This document shows positions 1 to 6,857 of a stretch of 64,000 nucleotides of DNA, in pieces. The notes under the pieces are model-generated. The model saw only the letters and a list, made by a program, of their open reading frames with translations, was not told where the DNA came from and did not search any database. Numbering within the stretch: position 1 is the first letter of the stretch; every line of letters starts with the position of its first letter. Origin of the DNA: an uncultured SAR86 cluster bacterium (GTDB lineage: Bacteria; Pseudomonadota; Gammaproteobacteria; Magnimaribacterales; AG-339-G14); NCBI GenBank assembly GCA_902594855.1, contig CACJNS010000001.1:561335-625334 (forward strand), read 5' to 3'. The position numbers were made by a program, and so were the translations under genes.

Positions 1-281
1 TTTTAAAAACTTTAGGCTTAAGCAGAACCATCATGCAAAGAAATACTTTTTTGGAGTACTTAACCATCGGATTGTTCGCCGGAGGACTAGGGGGTCTGCT
101 CGCCTTGATTGCGACATATTTGATTGAAACGTTTGTTTTTGAAATAGATCCAACCGTTTATTGGGATATTCTTTTACTGGGAATCTTAAGTGCGGTGGTC
201 ATCATAGGAATTATTTCAGCCATCTTTACATTTTATCTTTCGACAAAAACTCCGAAGGATGTTTTTAGTAAAGTTTCATGA
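1..281 (+). CDS. FtsX-family ABC transporter permease, C-terminal end (5' truncated by window edge)
   Basis: The frame stays open from nt 3 (LKTLGLSRTI precedes the track Met at 33). The LGxSR...E...G pattern followed by two hydrophobic helices is the usual end of an FtsX domain. Confidence 0.5.
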   Translation, partial: LKTLGLSRTIMQRNTFLEYLTIGLFAGGLGGLLALIATYLIETFVFEIDPTVYWDILLLGILSAVVIIGIISAIFTFYLSTKTPKDVFSKVS

Positions 282-907
282 GCTCAAGCTTCAAACCAGT
301 TCCAATTCCAGCAGGTCGTCTTCAAAGAGGAAGCTCCAGCTCAGACAATTATATTTCTAAGTTCCGGCAGGTTCTTATGAGGCATGGTTTGACCATGACT
401 GTGATAGCAATTATTTGTCTATTGGTGCCGTTCATTTTGGATGATTTTAAATCCTCTCTAAGTAAATTATTTCTTTTTCCTTCAAGATATTTTGTATGGT
501 TTTTAGCAGTAACTTTGTTTATTTTTGGGTATTTAAAATTTACCAAAAAAAATCTTAATGTTCGTCAAATTGCTTGGATATGTTACTTATTTGTAATCTC
601 GGTAGTTGAGGAAATTGGCTTTAGGCTTGGTTTACCAATTCTTTTTACCTCTAAATTCATCGGTATAGATATGTTTTGGATAGCAGTTATTTTAAGTAAT
701 TTCATATTTGCAACAATTCACTACTTCACGTTACGTTGGAAACTTACAGCATGCGTATTCACATTTTTAGGCGGCATGGGATTTAGTCGACTTTTTTCGG
801 TAACAGGTGACTTGGCTTTGGTCATATTAGTTCATTGGGCCGTAACCTTTCTAAACACTCCATCTGCTCCAAAAGGTTTGAATAATTCAAATCAAAAGAT
901 TAATTGA
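278..907 (+). CDS. CPBP (CAAX/Abi) family intramembrane protease
   Basis: Polytopic membrane protein with the family motifs EExxxR (VVEEIGFRLGLP), FxxxH (FATIHY) and a distal His (LVHWAV). ATGA overlap with the upstream gene. Confidence 0.7.
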   Translation: MSSSFKPVPIPAGRLQRGSSSSDNYISKFRQVLMRHGLTMTVIAIICLLVPFILDDFKSSLSKLFLFPSRYFVWFLAVTLFIFGYLKFTKKNLNVRQIAWICYLFVISVVEEIGFRLGLPILFTSKFIGIDMFWIAVILSNFIFATIHYFTLRWKLTACVFTFLGGMGFSRLFSVTGDLALVILVHWAVTFLNTPSAPKGLNNSNQKIN

Positions 908-939
908 CACCGTAAATGTCATTATTTTAAGGTTGATAT

Positions 940-2064
940 ATGAGTCGTTCTTTATCAGTTATCTTATTAATTGCAGCAATTTCCATCGCTTTTGTTTTTT
1001 ATCTTTCAAATCAAAAACCTGAAATAAATTACGACAGATTTAATTTGGTATCACCAGGCATCCTAAGAACTCCGGATGATCGTTTTGAAAATTTGGAGGA
1101 TTTTCCATTTAAAGCTAATTATCTAACTATTGGCGACACCAGAATTCACTATTTAGATGAAGGCCCAAAAAACGGAGAGGTAATTTATCTTCTTCATGGT
1201 GAGCCGGCTTGGAGTTATTTATTTAGAAAAATGATTCCTGTACTTGTAGATGCAGGTTATCGAGTTATAGCGCCTGATATGGTTGGCTTTGGAAAATCGG
1301 ATAAATATATTTCTGTGGAAGATTACACCCATCAAATGCACGTAGATAAGATGACTCAATTAATTGTAGAGCTGGACTTAAATAACATTACTGCTCATGT
1401 GCATGATTGGGGTGGGCTCGTTGGACTTAGAGTTGTTGCTGAAGAGCCAGATAGATTTTCTAGAATTATTGCTTCCAACACTTCTTTAATTGCTACTGGA
1501 AGGGGTGTTCTAAATGATATGTTTAGTTTTATAGCTTATCCACTTTTTAAATTTGCAATATGGTTCCAAGGACCAGCAACTTGGGAAGAATTTATAGGGG
1601 GCAGTGGATTTACGGGCTGGATAAGGTATTCAAAATCAACTGATAACATTGATGTTGGTGGCATAATGCAGACCCTTGGCACTGTCTCAGCTAGTGAAAG
1701 AGTTGGATATGAAGCTCCATATCCTAATGCAACCTATAAAGCAGGCGCTCAAATATTTCCTTTTTTAATCCCAAGTGAACTAAGAAAAAATGAAAAAGCC
1801 TACAGGGATGTTTTTGAAAAATGGGATAAACCATTTTTAATTGCCAACAGTGATAATGACCCCGTTACTAGTAACAACCCTAGGTTGGTAGAGATGTTAA
1901 AAAGAGTGCCAACGGCTGAAGAGATTGTCATCAAAGGACCAGGTCATTTTATTCAAGAAGAAGCTGGGCCTGAATATGCCCAATTAATAATAGATTTTAT
2001 AAACGGAAATCCTAAAGGTTTTTCAGTCGAAAAAAAGTTAGATAACTTTTTAAATTTGGAATAA
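940..2064 (+). CDS. Haloalkane dehalogenase-like alpha/beta hydrolase (DhlA type) with N-terminal membrane anchor
   Basis: Collinear with Xanthobacter DhlA as I recall it: RTPDDRFENL, LLHGEPAWSYLFRKMIP, nucleophile elbow HVHDWGG, cap Trp GFTGWIRY and His in GPGHFIQEE. The first ~25 aa are hydrophobic (SVILLIAAISIAFVFYL). Confidence 0.7.
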   Translation: MSRSLSVILLIAAISIAFVFYLSNQKPEINYDRFNLVSPGILRTPDDRFENLEDFPFKANYLTIGDTRIHYLDEGPKNGEVIYLLHGEPAWSYLFRKMIPVLVDAGYRVIAPDMVGFGKSDKYISVEDYTHQMHVDKMTQLIVELDLNNITAHVHDWGGLVGLRVVAEEPDRFSRIIASNTSLIATGRGVLNDMFSFIAYPLFKFAIWFQGPATWEEFIGGSGFTGWIRYSKSTDNIDVGGIMQTLGTVSASERVGYEAPYPNATYKAGAQIFPFLIPSELRKNEKAYRDVFEKWDKPFLIANSDNDPVTSNNPRLVEMLKRVPTAEEIVIKGPGHFIQEEAGPEYAQLIIDFINGNPKGFSVEKKLDNFLNLE

Positions 2065-2071
2065 CTAGTTT

Positions 2072-2290
2072 ATGGAAGGATATGACTTGCTAATGATATT
2101 TTGGTCAGGTTTCTTAATCTTTGGATTATTTATGGCCTTCCAAGATTATCGGAAGTGGATTACTTCAAATGAAGCCAATAGGAGCTTGTCTCTTAGAGAA
2201 ATATTTTCAATCTTTGGTCAAGGAATTGTCTTCGTAATAATTGCGTTAGCAGGGATTATTTTTTTTACCTTAAATCAACATTTAATTTAG
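2072..2290 (+). CDS. Small two-helix membrane protein, unknown function
   Basis: 72-aa ORF with two clear hydrophobic helices, tightly packed between neighbours. I recognise no family. Confidence 0.4.
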   Translation: MEGYDLLMIFWSGFLIFGLFMAFQDYRKWITSNEANRSLSLREIFSIFGQGIVFVIIALAGIIFFTLNQHLI

Positions 2291-2293
2291 CAG

Positions 2294-2638
2294 GTGAAAT
2301 ACCTAATTTTCATTCTTGCTTTGTTAGCCGTCTGCTGCAGTGATAACTTTAGAGAACTGAATTGTGAATCTTCTTCAGATGGAAGTAGAAGTTATATTTT
2401 TAATAAACAAAGGGTTCAAGTAATAACATCAGAAGATGAAGGCAGTTGGAGTTGCGATTATTTTCGACAGACTCAAGATTTCTTAAGATGTAGGGTCTAC
2501 TCAGCAGACAATAGTAGTATGGATATTGTTTATTCTGATTACGAGGAATCAATAAACGATACTAGAGTTTATTTTGGGGCAAATAACCCGAGCTATTCAA
2601 AAACATATACTTGGAAAGGCTATTGCGGAAAATCCTAA
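2294..2638 (+). CDS. Putative lipoprotein, unknown function
   Basis: GTG start and a signal peptide ending in the lipobox-like LLAVC|C. The mature part is Cys-containing and hydrophilic. Confidence 0.45.
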   Translation: MKYLIFILALLAVCCSDNFRELNCESSSDGSRSYIFNKQRVQVITSEDEGSWSCDYFRQTQDFLRCRVYSADNSSMDIVYSDYEESINDTRVYFGANNPSYSKTYTWKGYCGKS

Positions 2639-2658
2639 CCCTAAAATCCTTTTTAAAA

Positions 2659-2704
2659 TGGTGCCCAGAGGTGGAATCGAACCACCGACACAAGGATTTT
2701 CAGT
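2659..2704 (-). repeat. Island-distal att repeat: displaced 3' 46 nt of tRNA-Phe
   Basis: tggtgcccagaggtGgaatcgaacCaccgacacaaggattttcagt matches 6858-6903 at 44/46 positions. It lacks the tRNA 5' half, so it is a fragment and not a gene. Confidence 0.9.
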
Positions 2705-2754
2705 TCTTTACAAGTAGTCGTAAACACTTATTACTACAATGTTTTTAATAATAG

Positions 2755-2827
2755 TGTGTTAAAAAATGTGTTAAATGACTAACTTTAGTGTGTTAGTCGA
2801 TGCCTTCTAAAGTGCTGAATTAACACA
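2755..2827. repeat. Left-end array of TGTGTTA(A/G) motifs (candidate arm-type/iteron sites)
   Basis: tgtgttaa at 2755 and 2767, tgtgttag at 2789, inverted ttaacaca at 2820, and a degenerate agtgttaa at 2931. The same motifs recur at 6740-6811. Confidence 0.6.
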
Positions 2828-2964
2828 TTATTCTTGTCTCTCTAGACATTTTTATCATATCAAAAAAATATGTGTTTTTTTTAAAAAAGTCCCTTACCAA
2901 AATTGAACTTCCATGAGATTATGAATGTGTAGTGTTAAAAACTACTTTTTTATAAATATAGTTA

Positions 2965-3465
2965 ATGAAAATGAAAAATGAATATCAAAAGTTCTTTAGT
3001 GCTGATTGCTTTACGCATCATATAACTTTATCTCCTTCACATCTAAACGAATATTCAATATTGCCTCTAATACGAAAAATAGAATTTAAATTAAATAAGA
3101 TTTTTCTAAATTCTAATTTTCCAAAATATGTGACTACAGATAAATTTAAATTTTTTATTTTTCCTGAAGACTCTGATAGACATTTACAACATTTTCATAT
3201 GCTTCTCTATTCTCCCTCAAAGAAAGAACGAGAAAGTAAAAGTAAAGATTATTGCATTGCATGTAAATTCATAGAAAAACCATTTTTTGAAACCTGTGAT
3301 TTTTGCACAGCAAGAGTTTTAAATGATTTGTTTGCTGAAGAAATTCCGAATGTAGATGTTCAAGTCAATATTACATCTGACTTTGACCATTACGATAATT
3401 TTTACGCAACAAAGAAACAAAGATTTGAATTAGATTATAAAGATAGTTATCTAGTGTGTTCATAA
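2965..3465 (+). CDS. Putative miniature HUH rolling-circle Rep-like protein (Rep_1/pC194-pUB110-like motif order) with CxxC...CxxC insert
   Basis: Ordered motifs: I FTHHITLS, II HLQHFHMLLY (HUH + hydrophobics), III NFYATKK (YxxK). The spacings of ~57 and ~70 aa are similar to pUB110 Rep, and PNVDVQVNI resembles its PNVKVQMI segment. CIAC-x13-CDFC lies between motifs II and III. Confidence 0.45.
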   Translation: MKMKNEYQKFFSADCFTHHITLSPSHLNEYSILPLIRKIEFKLNKIFLNSNFPKYVTTDKFKFFIFPEDSDRHLQHFHMLLYSPSKKERESKSKDYCIACKFIEKPFFETCDFCTARVLNDLFAEEIPNVDVQVNITSDFDHYDNFYATKKQRFELDYKDSYLVCS

Positions 3466-3467
3466 TT

Positions 3468-3523
3468 GCTGCTCTATCTTGAGAGTAATTTAACTATCTG
3501 TTCATGCAGTTCTACTTCTGCAT
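3468..3523 (+). other. Candidate double-strand origin: nick-site-like TATCTTGAGAGTAAT plus small hairpin
   Basis: CTTGA at 3478-3482, 13 nt after the Rep-like stop, resembles the CTTG/ATA nick core of the pC194 family and phiX174. ATGCAG-N8-CTGCAT hairpin at 3504-3523. Confidence 0.3.
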
Positions 3524-3607
3524 TGTGATTTCTATTATCTGAAAAAACATAAATAGTAATATGAAGACATCATCAAAAATAAAACAATTACAAAGAAGAT
3601 TACAAAC

Positions 3608-3811
3608 ATGAAAAGAAAAAATTACTCATCAAATCCTCTGCAAGTTCGATTGCATACAATTACAGAAGAATCTCTGAATAATTTAATTCAAGATAATGAA
3701 TATTGTCAGAAGAAGAATATTATTTCTAAATCTGATGCTGTTCGTTCTGCATTATTTAATTTCTGCAAAGACTACGAGTCTTATAAATTTAATAAATTAA
3801 ATTCACTTTAA
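3608..3811 (+). CDS. Putative ribbon-helix-helix (CopG/Arc-like) DNA-binding protein
   Basis: The LQVRLHTITEESLNNLIQ...SKSDAVRSALFNF pattern fits beta-strand/helix/helix of RHH regulators. 67 aa. Confidence 0.4.
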   Translation: MKRKNYSSNPLQVRLHTITEESLNNLIQDNEYCQKKNIISKSDAVRSALFNFCKDYESYKFNKLNSL

Positions 3812-4015
3812 ACACTACATGAAAACACTAATAAAAGAGTGTATGTGCTTGGGGAGAAATCAGTTCTAGTCGACTAATATATCGGGAAATTTTTAAGAAA
3901 AAATATGAAATCTCAACCTTTGAAAAAACACATTAATGATTTAAAGAAACAATTAAATCAAATCAAGAAAGATATAACTGCACTCGAAAAACTTTTTGTA
4001 AATTTAGAGAAAGAT

Positions 4016-4768
4016 CTATAAATCAATATAGGCATCAAACATTTCTTTAAAGTCAGATGATTTGACTAATCTTATGCCTCCACCATGATTATGTTTTTTA
4101 CCAATATTTGTGCCTGAACGATATACACCCAGTCTGTTATCGTATCTTGCTTTACCTTCTTTGATTAACTTAATGCATTTTTCGAAATTAAATCCCATAA
4201 ATGCTTTGCCTTCTATGTATTTAAAATGTGTTCTACCATCAATTTTTTCTTCTTCTGCTTTCACAACAAATGTATTTTTAAGTTTTGAACTTGCAGTTCT
4301 TAATGAGTCAAAAGTCCAATAAACACTTGAATCTATTGGTTTTTCATTAAGGTCACAAAGTAATATTTTTAATTTATGTTCAGCATCATCAATCTGTATT
4401 TTCATTTTGTATTTGCCATATACTACTGACCATCTATGTGCATAAATTGATGTTCTGAAAACTTTGATATGAGGATACTCTTCATCACTTATGCCCCAGT
4501 TTTCCCTCATATATTCATCACCTTTTTCAGGAAAATCAGGTTTACAGGTGAAAAGACTTGCTGCAGATTTTGTATGTTGTCTTTGACTCTTACATTCCCA
4601 ACCTTCAAAGTCAGCATCTTTTAGATTATTTTCCTGAACACCTAGAATTGTTTCAAAAGTATTTCCAATTGCTCCATCGTTTTTTTCTGCAAATGGTTTG
4701 TCACTTTCAATGAAACCAAGATTTTTGATTCGTTGGAATTCTGATTTAACTCTATTTACATCTACCAC
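4016..4768 (-). CDS. Type II restriction endonuclease, MvaI/BcnI family
   Basis: Matches my recollection of R.MvaI: GAIGNTFETILG, catalytic DADFEGWECKS (D...ExK), SSVYWTFDSL and RLGVYRSGTNIGKKHNHGGGIRL. GTG start, directly downstream of the methyltransferase. Confidence 0.75.
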   Translation of the reverse strand: MVDVNRVKSEFQRIKNLGFIESDKPFAEKNDGAIGNTFETILGVQENNLKDADFEGWECKSQRQHTKSAASLFTCKPDFPEKGDEYMRENWGISDEEYPHIKVFRTSIYAHRWSVVYGKYKMKIQIDDAEHKLKILLCDLNEKPIDSSVYWTFDSLRTASSKLKNTFVVKAEEEKIDGRTHFKYIEGKAFMGFNFEKCIKLIKEGKARYDNRLGVYRSGTNIGKKHNHGGGIRLVKSSDFKEMFDAYIDL

Positions 4769-4802
4769 AAATAAAGCATGCCATATGCTTTATTATTTGT
4801 GG
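4765..4802 (-). promoter_or_regulatory. M-R intergenic hairpin that base-pairs the GTG start of the endonuclease gene
   Basis: The mRNA-sense sequence CCACAAAUAAUAAAGCAUAUGGCAUGCUUUAUUUGUGG folds into 15 bp with a 3-nt bulge and a 5-nt loop. The GUG at 4768-4766 lies in the basal stem, and no Shine-Dalgarno sequence precedes it. Confidence 0.55.
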
Positions 4803-4807
4803 AGTCA

Positions 4808-5557
4808 TTATTCAGTAAAAAGGTCTTCTGATTTCTTTAGTCTATCTTCTGAAATATCAATATATTTCTTACTTATCTCACTTCCTAGATATTTTCTCTT
4901 TAGTCTTTTTGCAACAACTGCTGTCGTTCCAGTTCCCATAAATGGGTCATAGACAACATCACCTTCTTCAGAGAAATTCTCTAAAATTTTTGCAACTAAT
5001 TCTTTTGGGAAAACTGCTCCATGATTTTCTCCCCCACGACTTCTTTCTCTTTTAATTTCCCATATATCATCAAGAGTTCCTCTTTCAAAACTTCCTCTTT
5101 TTCTATATTGCCTACTAATCGGATAATCTTTATCAAAAACAAGAATTAGTTCTGTTCTTCTATTAAGAACTTGTTTTTGTATAGAGGGTTGAGCATTTCC
5201 TTTATCCCATACAATAATATCTTTAAGATATTCAGAAAATTCACCTATCATCTTAAAAATTGACCTCTTGCTGCCTGTGACGATTTGAATGTTATAGAAA
5301 ATTAATTCACTTACTCTAATCAATTCCCTTAAGATCTCTGTATGAAGTTTGTTGTATTCATCAATCGGAAGATTATCATCAAACTCTGTGTATTTTGTGC
5401 TAATTTCTTTAACAATTTGTCGTGAACAATACTCTCCATTTCTTATTCTTAAATTCATATTGTAAGGTGGAGAAGTGATGACTAAATCAACAGAGTCATC
5501 TTTCATCTTCTTTAAAGTTGAAAGACAATCTTCATGATAAATTTTATTTAGTTTCAT
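4808..5557 (-). CDS. Beta-class N4-cytosine (or N6-adenine) DNA methyltransferase
   Basis: Motif IV DLVITSPPYNM lies N-terminal to motif I VVYDPFMGTGTTAVVA (beta permutation). SPPY rather than DPPY favours m4C, matching MvaI/BcnI-type systems. Confidence 0.85.
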   Translation of the reverse strand: MKLNKIYHEDCLSTLKKMKDDSVDLVITSPPYNMNLRIRNGEYCSRQIVKEISTKYTEFDDNLPIDEYNKLHTEILRELIRVSELIFYNIQIVTGSKRSIFKMIGEFSEYLKDIIVWDKGNAQPSIQKQVLNRRTELILVFDKDYPISRQYRKRGSFERGTLDDIWEIKRERSRGGENHGAVFPKELVAKILENFSEEGDVVYDPFMGTGTTAVVAKRLKRKYLGSEISKKYIDISEDRLKKSEDLFTE

Positions 5558-5582
5558 ATTTAAATTATATCCTCTTAATCAT

Positions 5583-6731
5583 TTATATAACTCGCAAGAA
5601 CTCTTTTAAATCAGTATTTAACTGACTTTTCGGAAAATAGAAGTCATCAATCATTTTCAGTGATGTGTCTGCTCTTCTTGCAATTTGAATATGACTAATT
5701 TTTGTATTCATAAGATTCATGATTATTGATGTATGTCTTAAAGAATATGCAGTGCAATTATTGCCATCATCATCTGTTCTCAAATCACATCTCTCAAGTA
5801 AAGTTCTAAATTGTGCAGTCATTACACGCATTGCATGTCTTCTGTTTTGATGCTCATTTAAAAATAAGAAATCAGATTTTTTCCAACCTTTATTTCTTTT
5901 CTTCATATCTCTAAAAATATAACTTCCAGTAGATAGAGTCTGAACAGACATCTGTTGATTTTTTCTATTAACTTTAAATTGTAGATATTCTGCTTTTGTA
6001 TCTTTTTCTTTTTTCTCTTCAATATCACCATAACGAAGAGAGTAAACTTCAGAGATAGTAGGTCTTAACATACTAGACATCATGAACACTATAAAATCAT
6101 GTAAATCATATGTAATCGTATATCTAGTGCCATTGTGCATCACGACACTTTCTCCAATGAGTTCTAACGACTTCTTTTGTAGTTTCTTATACGAATCTCT
6201 AGTAAAGAATCCTCTGCGTTCAGATTTGACTCCTCGAATTTTAGAAAATTTCACATAATTTTCTGCCATATCTAAAATTTGTCGAAGTAAAGAACGATGT
6301 TTATTGATTGTTGATTTTGCAAGTTGTCTTTCTTTGTGCAAGTTAGTGAAAAAATCTTCTGTATCTTCTCTAGTAATTGATTGAACTTCACGATTTTTGA
6401 AAAACTCTAAAATTCCATTTTTACGATTGAGTAGAGAAGTGACTTCTTTTTCTGCACTGATGCCACTTGCTGTAATTTTGCCTTTTGTTCTTTCTATGAT
6501 TTTGTTTGCAAAATGCTCGATTGTCTTATCTTTATCAAATATGAGTTTTTTGCTACCAGTCATCAAATCTTGCTGATATTCAAATGCTTTCTTTCTTGCT
6601 TCAGTTTGTGATGTTGTTTTTAGTGATTTGCGATGCTGTTTTCCATCTACATTGATACATACATACCAATTTTGACTGCGATTACGAGTGTAGATACTCA
6701 TGTAATCAAATAATTTAATTGTCTTGCTCAT
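5583..6731 (-). CDS. int: Tyrosine recombinase / phage-type integrase
   Basis: C-terminal catalytic signatures MLRPTISEVYSLRYGDI (box I Arg), AYSLRHTSI (HxxR) and MIDDFYF (Tyr). Adjacent to the tRNA-Phe attachment site. Confidence 0.9.
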   Translation of the reverse strand: MSKTIKLFDYMSIYTRNRSQNWYVCINVDGKQHRKSLKTTSQTEARKKAFEYQQDLMTGSKKLIFDKDKTIEHFANKIIERTKGKITASGISAEKEVTSLLNRKNGILEFFKNREVQSITREDTEDFFTNLHKERQLAKSTINKHRSLLRQILDMAENYVKFSKIRGVKSERRGFFTRDSYKKLQKKSLELIGESVVMHNGTRYTITYDLHDFIVFMMSSMLRPTISEVYSLRYGDIEEKKEKDTKAEYLQFKVNRKNQQMSVQTLSTGSYIFRDMKKRNKGWKKSDFLFLNEHQNRRHAMRVMTAQFRTLLERCDLRTDDDGNNCTAYSLRHTSIIMNLMNTKISHIQIARRADTSLKMIDDFYFPKSQLNTDLKEFLRVI

Positions 6732-6739
6732 TCAAACCC

Positions 6740-6811
6740 TTAACACACTTGAGATACAAGAATTAACACACAAATAATGTGTTAAAGTGTGTTAGTAGTT
6801 ATCATAACACA
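6740..6811. repeat. Right-end array of TGTGTTA(A/G)/TTAACACA motifs
   Basis: ttaacaca at 6740 and 6763, tgtgttaa at 6778, tgtgttag at 6788, ataacaca at 6804. The pair aatgtgttaaa + agtgtgttagt occurs at both island ends with different spacing. Confidence 0.6.
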
Positions 6812-6857
6812 TAAAATGATTAAAAATGTCTGAAAGTGTTGATTTTACTGCATTTGA

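Larger units (their letters stand above)
2705..6857. mobile_element. ~4.2 kb tRNA-Phe-integrated genomic island (integrase + R-M + Rep-like/RHH module)
   Basis: Bounded by the 46-nt direct repeats. The integrase gene abuts the intact tRNA. The non-coding ends carry shared motif arrays. The cargo is unrelated to the flanking chromosomal genes. Confidence 0.85.

Noticed and set aside
33-281. A complete 82-aa membrane protein.
   Set aside because: The reading frame is open to the window edge, and the upstream residues continue an FtsX-type motif. It is the tail of a larger gene.
2659-2704. Possible second tRNA gene.
   Set aside because: Only the 3' 46 nt (anticodon loop to CCA) are present. 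There is no D-arm or 5' acceptor strand. It is the att repeat left by island integration.
4110-4952. Plus-strand ORFs 4110-4322 and 4698-4952 inside the R-M genes.
   Set aside because: They are antisense to the endonuclease and methyltransferase genes, which both carry clear catalytic motifs. Their products are featureless.
2755-6811. Possible CRISPR-like or tandem repeat array formed by the TGTGTTA motifs.
   Set aside because: The motifs are only 8 nt, irregularly spaced and in both orientations, and confined to the island ends. No cas genes or regular repeat-spacer periodicity are present.
2705-6857. Inferring R-M specificity from CCWGG/CCSGG avoidance in the island.
   Set aside because: I saw no such sites in the island, but only about one or two are expected by chance at this composition and length. 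The absence is therefore uninformative without a proper count.
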